From: Haliotis cracherodii
Lineage: Eukaryota
DNA: 64,000 nt
Assembly: GCF_022045235.1 (NCBI RefSeq)
Contig: NW_027266319.1
Location: 27,590,001-27,654,000 of the forward strand
Direction of reading: 5' to 3'
Shown: positions 13,056 through 25,452 of the stretch, one piece after another
Layout: every line of letters starts with the position of its first letter
Numbering within the stretch: the stretch's first letter is position 1
Made by a program: the position numbers and the translations under genes
Notes under the pieces: generated by a model
What the model saw: only the letters and a program-made list of their open reading frames with translations
The model's database searches: none
Told to the model about the DNA's origin: nothing

Positions 13056-13140
13056 CTTGTTGACATTCATAGCTTCCGTCCCTGTCTCTACATGTTTCGT
13101 CCACACCGCACGGCCTGGACGCACAAATACCAACAAGTCT
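13056..13140 (-). CDS. Internal exon 2 of paralog B: 4-Cys EGF-like module (RLVGICASRPCGVDETCRDRDGSYECQQ)
   Basis: Acceptor TCTTCTTTTCAG (AG at 13141-13142) and donor AAG|GTGATG. Length 85 nt, phase 0 to phase 1, which exactly bridges the PAN exon (phase 0) and the kringle exon (phase 1). Spacing C-x4-C-x5-C-x8-C. Not in the ORF track. Confidence 0.8.
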
Positions 13141-13714
13141 CTGAAAAGAAGACCAACATTTATAGGCTTTGTCGTAGCATGGTTTCTGGGCCGTTGGTAG
13201 ATGTCAATTTTTTTCTCTCAAGACAGTGTCAATAGTATCGGTTGTATCAGATTCAATTTAGTGAAACAGGCGTAACGTGAAGAGATTAAAGTCTCCACCC
13301 GAAAATGTCATCCACATAAACGAATTCTGTTCCTGTGAATTTCCTAACCATGTAATACAAACATGTTGCCTCAGTGTCCCATGTGATTCAATGAAATATG
13401 TTTAGGGGTCCATATTGGAACAGGGTAAGTTTCACTCGTTCACGTGAGTATCACATCATACAGCCCAATCTAGCGGCTTAAATAGTTTTTTTCTTGAGAT
13501 CAGACTGTTCATATAATTTCTATTAACCGTAAACAAAATGGATCGTCATGTTGTACGAACTACAAGCGGCGGTATCGGACGTTACACGGACAACGTGGAT
13601 ACCATGCAATATCTCTACTCCTTTATGTAGGCATCATGTAAGTAAAGGGAACGGAATTGGCCGTTTAGTCATTCATAGGAAAACAAGGTCCATTCTGGCG
13701 ATGATATGCCAGTT

Positions 13715-13932
13715 CGTTTGTTGTTCATCGCTGCACTCAGATATAGACAAGCTTCATGACAGCGGTCTGTACACATGCGAGTCTGGTCCAGACAATCCAG
13801 TGATTGACATTATGAGCATTGATCCTTCGCAGATGACATGCATCAACCAAATTAGCGAGCCTGACCACCTGATCCCGTTTGTCGCCATGTATGGGTTGCT
13901 GAAGACACATTGTACACCGGACCTTCACGGGT
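13715..13932 (-). mobile_element. SINE-like repeat family C
   Basis: Matches family C core GAGTCTGGTCCAGACAATCCAGTGATTGACAT. Confidence 0.85.
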
Positions 13933-14163
13933 GTATTTGGCAGTAGAAGCCATACCGAGACATCCGTCCCTTACCGACCAGGATCCGCTTGAGAGATCTG
14001 CCTTGGTCTGGCCACATACCCGTGCTCGCGAAATTAAGCTGACATATACGATTTGAAAATAAGTAAAGAGCCATACATTATTCAGTTATGCCATGGTTAT
14101 AGTAATATGAAAGAAAAGGGTGGTTATAAACGTTTTACGTATTTAATAACGCCATTACACAAC

Positions 14164-14671
14164 TATCTTCCCGGGGCAAGAGAGTTAACTGACCATAAAA
14201 GTCCAGTTTCAACCCTTGCCGAACTAGGCTGGAATTCCAGTGGCTATTATGAGTTATGTCCCTTCTAAGCCTCTCCTATAAACCAATCAGATTCCACCTC
14301 TCGTATCACTTGCATTTGCTTCAAACAAAAGAGCGGCGCTCAGTCAAGACGATGTGATCGATAATCAAGGTCTGTATTGTGATAAAACGGGTCTTACATC
14401 GCGAAATGCATCAAATCACGTGATCACCTTGATTAAAAACATGAAACGATTTGGAAATATCGGTTGACAACGTGCACATGCTTTGCAAATTCCGCAATCG
14501 ACCGAAAACTGCACGACAGTTTTCGAACCGGATTTCGGTTTCTTTGCGCGATTTTGATTGAACTATGCGTAGACTCGTTAGTCAAAATATAACTCCACAA
14601 TACCAGCCTAGTTCGGCAAGGGTGGAAACTGGACTTTTATAGTCAGTTAACTCTCTTGTCTCGGGACGATA
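14164..14671. mobile_element. Non-autonomous DNA transposon/MITE with ~70-bp TIRs
   Basis: 14164-14232 and 14603-14671 are inverted repeats (…GAGTTAACTGAC.ATAAAAGTCCAGTTTC.ACCCTTGCCGAACTAGGCTGG). Second copy at 48478-48930. Confidence 0.88.
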
Positions 14672-14899
14672 TTTCACAACTAAACATACCCGGTGCGTTT
14701 TGATTCTTCACTACGGATCAGGCCGCCATTGTTCCATCAAACATCATCACTAGTAAATATGCAAATGGACGGTCTCTGAGTTAAAAGCTTGCATTGATAA
14801 CCTTCCTATTCGCAAGGCCAACCCTATTTCAAGTAATGCAATAAGTTTATGTTTTATTCATACCGAAAGTATACGGTCTATTACACATTTTAAAAAAGA

Positions 14900-15125
14900 C
14901 CGGTGAAGATCTGGGGTAGAATAGGTCTTCATAAACCCATTCTAACCGGAACGTGTGGTCAAGCTCGCTGATTTTATTGCTTCATGTGATCGTATCCCAT
15001 TTGCGTATATCGAGGCTCTATGTGTCAATAACTGGATTGTCTGGTCCAGACTTGATTATTTACAGACCGCCGTCATAGCTGGAATATTGCTGAGTGCGGC
15101 GTTAAACAACAAACAAACAAAACAA
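14900..15125 (+). mobile_element. SINE-like repeat family C
   Basis: GTGAAGATCTGGGGTAGAATAGGTCTTC head; GCTGGAATATTGCTGAGTGCGGCGTTAAAC plus (AAAC)n tail. Confidence 0.85.
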
Positions 15126-15212
15126 ATCCAGATAGTTAACAAAGGGGTAAGTTCCTCCTTGGGTTGGATGGGGGCCAAACCGATATGGCTGCCAACGGAT
15201 TACACGTGTACG

Positions 15213-15496
15213 AGTGAGTGAGTGAGTGAGTTGGGTTTAACGCCGCTTTTAACAGTATCCCAGTTTTATCACGGCGTGTCAGCTTAATGTGTGAGGAAAG
15301 CCCCAAGTGAAGCAGGTCTCATATGTTTACCACTTCGGTGAAACCCACGAGCACGGTTATGGTGCTGACAAACCTAGAAACATAATCGGGCAAACCGGGA
15401 TTCGAACCCACAATCATAGGTTTCTGGCGTGCCCAAGGGACTCAACTCTGCACAGCGAATCGCAGCGCCTTAGACGACTGGGCCACCCGTGCCCCC
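15213..15496 (-). mobile_element. tRNA-derived SINE family A, full length
   Basis: Reverse complement of 45944-46224. Confidence 0.92.
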
Positions 15497-16515
15497 ACAT
15501 GTACGTGTGACTTTCAGAGGATCTTACTATCCAGAATTCAAAGTTATTCAAAAAGGAATATATTAAAGAGTATGACTACGTTAATGCTTAAGTAAATAGT
15601 GTACCAAGTAGTGTTTATGTTAGATGTTTCACTACAATAAGATACGACGTAGACCGCGGCTAAGATCGACGGATGTGAGGTCCGGAACTTGCCTACATTT
15701 TCCGGCTGCATAGTCACGTGACACAGCATGTAGCGAATTTGATTGCAACATATTTACAATGGTTGCTTTTAAACAATATTTCTGCATTTGGAAAACAAAA
15801 CATATCATTGATTTTGACGCAATGCCAATACCTAACCTCACTACTTTTTCTGTAGTTTTGTGTGACACATGGGGAATTTAACTGATGCGAGTTGGCAACG
15901 AAAACCATCTTGTGTGGTGTTAAGAAGGTCGGTATGCAGTCCGTGTGTTGTTGCTTGTTGCTAGAAACTGCTAAGGTAAAACAATCGATTATTTGTTCAA
16001 GATTCGAGAGATTTTAAGACTTTGTATAAGAAAAAAAGATAGTGTAGTTTACAAAATAATTAGATACAGCATGTCCCAAATAAGGATTTTCTGTCGTTAA
16101 AAAAATTAAATTCATAAATCTTTTAAAAGATTAAATGTCAACACGATTACTAAATCTTAAGTAAATATGTTTTAAAATGAGCTATACGAGGAGCTTTGGG
16201 GAATAAAACACTTATTTTTAAAGGGAGAGGTATCATATGTGGAAATAATAAGATGTCACTTTATGAGTCGACAGTGCCTTTAAGAAAGTGGTCAAATGTA
16301 ACATCTGTTATATTTAGGAGAATACTTTCTTAGTAAATTACAAACTATAGAACTGTTTCGGGTTGGGTTGTGTGACTGATTAAAACCCACACTCTCAGAG
16401 TGAAACACCTAATCGCCAGCACTCAAAGTACAGCGATCTATCCCACTCAGCTACCGAGGCTGGAAGTCCGACAGGTGGTAGTCTGGATCACGTACTGTGT
16501 GTACCCCTCTGATTT

Positions 16516-16680
16516 AGTGAGTGAGTAAGTGAGTGTGATTTTAGGCCGCTTTTAGCAACATTCCAGCAATATCACGGCGGGGGACACCAGAAATGGGGTT
16601 CACACATTGTACCCGTGTCGGGAATCGACTCTGGGTCTTCGGCGTGACGAGCGAACGCTTTAACCACTAGGCTTCCCGAC
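16516..16680 (-). mobile_element. tRNA-derived SINE family B
   Basis: Matches 11511-11685. Confidence 0.9.
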
Positions 16681-16869
16681 TAAATTTCTGTTCAAAATGT
16701 CACAAACAATTAGAATACATTCTGCTACACCTTCATTAACATTATCAGATAGACCGTAGATAACCACATTATTTTCCCCTGCTATATTGTTCCTGATTTT
16801 ATTTCAATTCCATTCTCAGTCTATTCTAATCTGTCCTCAAGTTTCTTCAAACCCGTTTCGTCACCTGGT

Positions 16870-17352
16870 CATACTGGTGACATGTGACTCTCTACCGTAC
16901 CTTGGTGGCATGTGGATCTGTACCATACTGGTGGCATGTGGATCTGTACCATACTGGTGACATGTGGATCTGTACCATACTGGTGACATGTGGATCTGTA
17001 CCATACTGGTGGCATGTGGATCTGTACCATACTGGTGACATGTGGATCTGTACCATACTAGTGGCATGTGGATCTGTACCATACTGGTGACATGTGGATC
17101 TGTACGATACTGGTGGCATGTGGATCTGTACGATACAGGTGGCATGTGGATCTGTACCATACTGGTGACATGAGACTCTCTACCGTACCTTGGTGGCATG
17201 TGGATATGTACCATACTGGTGACATGTGGATCTGTACGATACTGGTGGCATGTGGATCTGTACCATACTGGTGACATGTGGATCTGTACCATACTGGTGA
17301 CATGTGACTCTCTACCGTACCTTGGTGGCATGTGGATCTGTACCATACTGGG
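16870..17352. repeat. 26-bp minisatellite array (~18 units), same family as 1-1455, in intron 1 of paralog B
   Basis: Same consensus unit. An array-specific 28-bp variant (…GACTCTCTACCGTACCTTGGTGG) occurs at ~16886, 17174 and 17306. Confidence 0.96.
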
Positions 17353-17850
17353 GACACAGTCGGATAGTGTAATGTTAGTGACCAAGTTAGGAGCTACCCC
17401 GTTGGGTTTAACGTCATTTTGAACAGTATGTTCACGATACATGAATATGACGACGTCTTAGCTTAATGTGGGAGAAAAGTTCGACGTGATGCAGATATTT
17501 GCCACTTTGGTGAAACCCAGGACCACGGGTGTGATGCTTACAGACCGCGGTTACATCTGGTAGGTTAACTAGTGACTGGGATCAATGAGTGTCCCATCTC
17601 CAAGTAGTGAATGGGTACCCGGTAGGATTAGGTGACATGTGATTGCTAGCATCCGACATACACTTGAGTTCTCTCCATGGAGATAAAAAATGTCAGTGCA
17701 CATGGATTAATGGTCATTAATTATGGTCCGACACTGACACACCCCTGGAACTCGACCTTGCAAGAGTTGACGCTTAATGACACTGCTTACTTTTATTATT
17801 ATCATGATTGTCATTTGTATCATTATATTTGTATAATTATTATTACCTAC

Positions 17851-18180
17851 CGATGGCATATACGACGCGCTTGCATGGTTCCAGCCAGAGGCAGACATCA
17901 TTCCAGAAGGAGCCGTTGTCGAGTTGTCGTAGTTGAGCTCGCATTGTCCCGCTTTGAAGTTCAAGCTGACGCAGCGAGACTGCTGCAAACATGACGTCAC
18001 ACAGTCCTGTAGGGTGAGGGTCTGAAGCACGAGGTAGACTGACCCCACGAGTCTACTGCCAGCCAGGAGCCCGGGGGTGTTAACCTCTCGACTGCATGTC
18101 CCCGTGACTTGACTCCCCGTGACCTGACCACACCCTGTCATCAGCTCCACAAGCAACATTGTTGTCAGAAAGGTTTTCAT
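17851..18180 (-). CDS. Exon 1 of secreted PAN-EGF-like-kringle protein, paralog B (gene model join 18180-17851, 13140-13056, 10748-10498; 221 aa)
   Basis: Signal-like MKTFLTTMLLVELMTGCG followed by a PAN domain. Phase-0 donor TCG|GTAGGT at 17850. The three exons sum to 666 nt with an open frame. Confidence 0.85.
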
Positions 18181-21100
18181 TTTATATCTTCTTCAGATTA
18201 ATGTTCACACATTTGTCTTGAAAGCTGAGTCTGAAACCCGTTCTTGTTACCTTCCATTCACTTGTAGATATTACAACATCACTATGTTGTGACAATGATT
18301 AGTTTGAAAATATATCATTGAAGGAAAATATCACTCCAAACACTCTGTGTCCGTGTTGCCTTCAAGGCTCTGCATGTTTGAAATAGGGCGCTGAGTTGGT
18401 CTGCCTCTTACCATGCGCAGAGAACCCGTCATTGATCGTCGTTTTCTGATCCACCTAGAACATCGTTGCACGCATCCAAGACTGACTTTTAATAAATAGG
18501 TAAAATATATAAAGTTTAATTCCTTGTGGAGAACATTGGTAAACTAGACGGCATCAATAGCAGAAAGACAACGAACGTGACTATCAGTTCACGCCACAAT
18601 ATAACAGGTCCGTGAAATGACACAAGGCTTGATTGATTTCTGACTTCATGCAACAGTTACTCAGCTTCCAATGATTGATTGTTTTCTCTATACGCCCTGA
18701 CCTCAAGGTATTACTTTCCATGATCACAACATCTTCCAACTACCCATTTCGTTTCAATGACATACCACAAGCCAGAACCCTTAGCAAGTGCACCTGCGGC
18801 AAACAGTGCTGTTGGTAAGGGAGAGTAGTAAGCGCTCAACAGGCATATACAGAATGGAATATTTCGTGAACCTTCACAACCTGTTACCATTCAGACAAGA
18901 CAGAACCATATCCTTGAACGTGTTATAGTATAAAGCATGGCAAAAGTAAGTACTCGAAAGAGGCAGATTCACTTTCTTCATCCGTGACACAGCGGTTCAG
19001 TTTCAATCTCCCTCAGAGCTTGTATCTTCGAGCAAACATGGGAAAGAAAGTCGAATTGCCGCACAGGAGATAGCCATCTCATGAACAGCCGCATATTTTA
19101 TGAAACAATCACCGTGTTGGTCCAAGAATTAACATGGTCCCCATTGAAAGTATAACGATTCCGTCACCGTCCGACGTCGTTGTTTTCTACGTCAGGATGA
19201 AACGTTATCTCGCTTTTAAACACTAGACAATAATCTATGAAACTTCCTACAGGAATAAAGACGCAGTTCCAGTCTTAAACAAACTGACGCCAGGAAGCCA
19301 GCTTGTTTGTCAGGTTATCGGTTGGCTCTAGGTGCTGAGACACTATTGACCAATGAGCGTGAGGTTGCCAACGCGCATGTGACGTTACTAATTAAACTAA
19401 TACCGTTAACAAACATGCCTATTGTTATCCAGCGCTACCCGTGAGATCTGGAATACATCGGTAATCTAATCTATGGCAAATGAAGGACTTCCCACACTTC
19501 AAGATCGATAAACAATAAATTGAAGAAAGGACACGATATTTCGGATGTAGCGTTTAGCTTTTCTAGCTGAGATTTCACCTGTACAAAAGTCCCCTAACAA
19601 TATGGTTTATTTTAATGAGATCTTGTTGTCGTTGCTCAATGACATTCGTATGAGAATTTTTTTGGACATACTTTACACATGTTAATTTTATTAGGGGGGA
19701 AATTCTTCATACTTGTGACTAAGAGACATAGTGAGTTTTCATGGAGGGTTCAATGGGTCTTTCTTCGACGACCTAAATGTATAGCAGTATGCTATTGGTA
19801 TACATACTTTTGTTTCTCATACTGTTCGCGGAGGACATGTTTTATGCTGAGTCAGCTGCAAAAGATATGTTTGGGCGGAGACTTTAAAACTGCGCTCAAC
19901 TGTGTTGCAAAACGAATATTCCTTAACGTTTTTCTTTACTTATAAATATCTGAAATATCTGAACTTGTACACAGCAGACGTAATTCAAATTAAACTTACC
20001 ATTTTTATTTTGTTTCAACAAAATTAGTAATGGTACTCCCGTGTCACTGGATTTTCTGGGTCATCGATCACTTGATTGTCTGGTTTGTTTATAGGCTAAC
20101 GTCGCAAAGCAGGAGTACTGCTGTGCCGCGTCAGGCAAAAAATATTTGTTTATGCAAATTGTATGAATGGCGGGGGCTACCGCTAGGGCAGGACATGTTT
20201 TCCTTTTTCGAACACCTGGTGCCATCACTGATTTTCAGTGGTCCATTCATATAATTTCCACTGCTATTTGCCCTTTAAGCCAAGTGGAAACTGTTTCGGT
20301 TGAAAATCTAGGCTGGTTATTCTCTTGCATTGACAATTTATATTTGTTGTCCGAAACACATATTGGATTGCAGAGCTTCGTTAATACTTTATATGATTAC
20401 GACTGGGGACTCGATGTCAAACAATAATTATGGTTTTCCGCAATGGGGGAAAACTGAGATCGAACGAAGAATGGCATTAAGGAAATCATGAACTTGAAGT
20501 TGTAGATAGTTTTAACTATTTATGAAATGGTCTAACATTTAACGAATCATGACACAGAAAACATTAGCAGGAAAGGGATAAAATGTATGAATATATACCC
20601 AAACGAACTATGAGTGTGAGATATGGGTCTTTGCCAACTGTTTTGGTATGGACAGGATTCATCTGAAATTTTGTAAACGAATATGTTAATAAAAAAAAGT
20701 AGTTCTGTATGAATTTTGGGGAACTTAACAGATGCCTTTGCATATAAACATTTATGTTCCTATATTGGTTTAAACTTCTAGTTAACTGTATATTACAAAC
20801 AATGTATACAATTTCACTTACATCTTGTACAGAAAATGTACTTCTTGGGCTTAAAATATGTTATATGTGCATGGGTTTGGTAGTTCCTGGGAGTATCCCA
20901 CGTATGTAAATAGTAGGTACATACGTGGGATTTCCAGGTACTTTTGTAAAGATTGGTTGATGTATTTATGCAGAAACGACAAGAAGATATGAGCAGCAAT
21001 GAAAATCAGTTAGTTGTTGAAGACGAATATCATGATATCCTTATCTGTCCCAAATATGTAAATGAACGTAAACTATATATTAAAATGTATTAATGGGTAG

Positions 21101-21667
21101 ATCTTAGATCTCTGTTTATAAGATTGTACTGTACAGTTATTTATGTGTAAAAGCAATAAAACCATTCACGCTTTATGATTTCACCATGCCCTATATATAT
21201 GCATATGTATATTTTGGACGTGGACACAGTTGGTTCAAGAATAAAGTTTCTGTTCTGTTCTGTTCTATCCTGTTCTGTTCTGTTCTGTTCTGTTCTATAA
21301 ATCAGCCTCCTGTGAGATCACGTGAATTACCGCATCATCAACTGATTACATTTTCCCTTTCCAAAAAAGGGTTTTACCAAGATATTTGATAGAAAAAATA
21401 TTACACGCTCCCATGGTAACATACTTTAAAGATCAAATCCCTTTTGTGTATTTTATTGAACGTGATAATTGTTTTCAATACAAGTCGCAGACATTCGCTC
21501 AGACACTACATTATAACTGATGCACGCATTTTCAAGAATAATCGACCTATGATCTGTTGACAAGAAGTTTTAAAAGGTTATGCAGGCAATATATACCTTC
21601 GGGCGGCGTTGTCTGCAAATTATAGACCAGAACAGGTTTTTAGATTAAGTGTGAATAAAAGTATACG

Positions 21668-21917
21668 TGAGTGAGTTGGATTTTGCCCCGCTTTTAGCAA
21701 TAAGATATGGGTGGGGGTGGGGGTGGGGGTGGGGGTGGGGGTGGGGGTGAATCATCTGGTCTTCCTTCGGCATCGTGAACGTATCACTCAGCCTGTACTC
21801 AGCATCATCACGGCGGGGGGACGCCAGAAATGGGCTTCACGCGTTGCACCCATGTGGGGAATCGAACCTAGTTCTTCGGCGTGGCGAGCGAACGCTTTAA
21901 CCACAAGGCTACCCGCC
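21668..21917 (-). mobile_element. SINE family B interrupted by a ~100-bp insert containing (GGGGGT)n
   Basis: Tail at 21668-21702 and body at ~21800-21917 match family B. The middle part is non-SINE sequence. Confidence 0.75.
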
Positions 21918-22587
21918 ATTGCTACCCGAAATATTTGAACGTAAGCAAATGTTTAACCTCAGCCGATGTTCTTTGGAGAGGTAGCTAAAGACAATACAAA
22001 CGTATTGAGAAAAAAATAATCACTTTGTCGGACTCATATTTTGATTTTCTTCTGAAGTTGAAAATTCGTCCTTTTGCTGTAATTTTAGCCACTTGATGCC
22101 ATAATGAACATACTTCCATACCATTGTACACAGTTTTCCGTCCGTTTTCCGCCCAGCGGTTCCATAGATTCCATTATCCTTCCTCGTTCTCGATGGGGAA
22201 ACGGACAACGCCAACATGCGTGTATTACTTACAAAGGGCTAAAACATAGTACTAACGTACTACAGCTTTTGCAGTGAACAGAACAAAACAGAATGAGAAA
22301 GATCGCTTGACAGATTATAAACGATTTTACACATACACGTCAATAACGTATTGAAAACAAACACGACCATCCCACAATAATAAATATACTATTATTTGCA
22401 TCAACGGTGTATACTATCATGGTTATATGTTGGCCATCGTAGGTGTTCGATTTGGTTATCATTTTCGATAACAGTGTTTTTAGGTCAAATACGTTTATCA
22501 TTTGTTCAAATGTTTAAATGCCGAACTGTAAGTTGTTTTCCTAAACAATGCCATCGCCCTTCAAATATTTGAAGAATGTGAGTCGGA

Positions 22588-22755
22588 TGAGTGAGTGAGT
22601 GAGTATGGTTTTACGCCGCCTTTAGCAATACTCCAGCAATATCACGGCGGGGGGACACCAGAAATGGGCTTCACACATTGTACCCATGTCGGGAATCGAA
22701 CCCGGGTCTTCGGCATGACGAGCTAACGCTTTAACCACTAGGCTACCCGACCACC
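22588..22755 (-). mobile_element. tRNA-derived SINE family B
   Basis: Full match to the family; TSD TGAGTCGGATGAGT. Confidence 0.9.
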
Positions 22756-23933
22756 TTTGAGTCGGATGAGTACGGTGCCTGTGGGGTTAACGTACGTGTT
22801 TCAGGTGTATTATTTATTTGAAGATAGCTTACCCGTGAAAACAGGAAAATCGAAATGTAAAGGTAATGTACCCATTGAGTGTGATAAAGATCAAACTTTG
22901 GAAAATTCTATTCAAGTACCAGGGCTTTGTCGGAACTACGTGTAATTGATCACACGCCATGTTATTAATGTCACGGTCGCGAGGGATGTTGTTCCAAGGA
23001 ATTTCACTATCATGCGAATTGGGAAAATGTCACGCCCCTGCGATTGAACACTTTTGGAACACACACGTAGACGTTGCTATATAAGTGCAATAATCTTGAG
23101 CGATGTGTTTAATCCCATTTCACCTCACCACTATATTGAGAAAAATACTGAGGGAAATTGTGGTTGAAAACAACATCAGTACTTGACAACCACACACGCT
23201 CGCACAACCAGTGTTATAATATCAGTGTCACCAAGTAATAACAGAAAGTACAGAACTCCGACTACTGACTTTTGACCTATCATGTCCAGTGGAAATAAGA
23301 CAAACTCTTCACTTAGACCGGCTGTCATGGATTAAACTTGGATACGTTGTGTGGGTGAGTGAGTGAGTCATATTTCACACCACCTTGCACACTATTTAGG
23401 TTATATCACGGCGTGGCAAGTTATTATAGGAGAAAAACCTGACATGATGCAGTTTTCTAGACGCTTGCCAGAAATCTGTAACTGGTGCTGACAAACCAAG
23501 GATCATAATCAGGGCGAATGTGGGATTCATACCCACGGTTATCGGAACCTGGCATATCTGCGGCATATATCTCTGTACAGCGAATTGCGGCGCCTTGCAC
23601 GACTTTGATATAGAAGTGTTGGAGTTGTATCAATGGTAGTCCAATAGCCTGTTGTGGTTAAAACGTTTGCTCGTTCAATTCCCAACACAGGTGCAATGTA
23701 CGTGTGCAGCCCATTCCTGTCATGTCTGTCCTCCACGTCATACCAAAATATATTAAAATATGGTACTTGTTGTTGCCCTGCCTGTGGCGCTCGGCATTGA
23801 GGGACCAAACAAGGCCTGGTCGGGTCAGAGACAGTATACAGCTTGAGTGGCTTTGTATATCAGGTTGCTAGCACTTTATAACTAGTATAAGCAACCTCTC
23901 CTTCTCAGAGCTGTGCATATGGTGACGTAGTCT

Positions 23934-24075
23934 NNNNNNNNNNNNNNNNNNNNNNNNNNNNNNNNNNNNNNNNNNNNNNNNNNNNNNNNNNNNNNNNNNN
24001 NNNNNNNNNNNNNNNNNNNNNNNNNNNNNNNNNNNNNNNNNNNNNNNNNNNNNNNNNNNNNNNNNNNNNNNNNNN
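23934..24075. other. Assembly gap (142 N), within a degenerate family D SINE
   Basis: N run with SINE-D body before it and a (CACCT) tail after it. Confidence 0.97.
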
Positions 24076-24672
24076 GTGCAATAGTCTTGACCGCGTCGTT
24101 ATTCCCATTTCACCTCATAAGTTTCAATACGTTTGTTAAATCTTTATGCGGTGTTTTCTATTTCCCTCTTTTTCATTTTCAAATGGAACATACATTTTCT
24201 CAGATCTAGGATTCGAGTTATATACTAAATAGCAGCTAAGTTTATATAAATAATACGACCGGTCATTTCCCCAACTGTGTATAAAAAGGGCACTTTCATG
24301 AAAAAAATTAATTCTCTTTTAAAATGCTTTACAATTGGAACCGAAAACGACCAAAATTGATGAGAGCTCATAAGTAAACTAATATATGTATTTGTTTTTG
24401 AGTTTTGAAATATCAATAGTAAATACCGGTTCACATAAAAAAAAAGATCAACGGGGGAATGTAGAAGCCCTGTGTTCGGGCCACCCTGAGGTCAAGTCGC
24501 TTGGGGGCAAGGGCGATGCTAGCACATATGTCTTATATTGGTGGGGGTTGTGCCATCCATAGACCGCCCTGTGTTGATACATTTGCCAGATATACCACCA
24601 ACAGGGTAACCACATTTCTTGATAGGCAGTTGTTTTCCATATGTGTTTGTATTTGATCACGTTGTAGTTCAA

Positions 24673-24839
24673 GGGGCGGTCGGGTAGCCTAGTGCTTAAA
24701 GCGTTCGCTCGTAACGCCGATGACCCGGGTTCGATTCCCAACATGGGTACAATGTGTGAAGCCCATTTCTGGTGTCCCCCGCCGTGATATTGCTGGAATA
24801 TTGTTAAAAGCGGCGTAAAACCCCACTCACTCACTCACT
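24673..24839 (+). mobile_element. tRNA-derived SINE family B, full length
   Basis: A box TAGCCTAGTGC, B box GGTTCGATTCC, tail GGAATATTGTTAAAAGCGGCGTAAAAC plus (ACTC)n; TSD TGTAGTT.AA. Confidence 0.92.
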
Positions 24840-25199
24840 GTAGTTTAAATTAAGGATTCTCTGAACATTGCAAAAAAGATGTCAACAGGAGATAGGACAC
24901 ATGGAATAAAATCTTGACGAAGTCTCCTAGGACATGTAGTGTGTTGCAGACTTAAACAATGTATATACATGTATTATCATGGATTGTTAAAGGTTTGTTA
25001 TAACTCTATGTGTATTTCTAATTGGGTATTTTACTTATTTGTTTTTTAATCATTTTAGTTGATGAAATGCATGTGTTCTTGGCACATGGTGGTAATAAAA
25101 AAAATTCAATCATATTGATTGATTGATTTCGTATCTCCAAAGATATGCACATAGAAGTTTCTATTCTTTATCATATTTCATATAATAAGCCCTAAACAA

Positions 25200-25452
25200 G
25201 AGTGGTTGTGTGAGTTTGACACCGCAAGGAACACTATTCCAGTTAAATCACGCCGTGTCATCTTAATATTGTAGGAAAGCGCAAAGTGATGCAGGGTTCA
25301 GACGTTTACCACTTCGGAGAAGCACACGGGCACGGGTCCGATGCTGACAAAAAACATCATTTTGGCGAACCGGGATTCGAACCCATGATCATTGCGTGCC
25401 CAAGGGACACAACTCTGCTCAGCGTTTTAGATGAGTGGACCACCCGTGCCCC
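25200..25452 (-). mobile_element. SINE family A (degenerate)
   Basis: Reverse complement match to family A; flanked by CCCTAAACAAGA direct repeats. Confidence 0.82.

Noticed and set aside
24673-24750. tRNA genes suggested by A/B boxes (also 41523, 45944 and others)
   Set aside because: They are the heads of multi-copy SINEs with tails and TSDs, and lack an intact cloverleaf or poly-T terminator.
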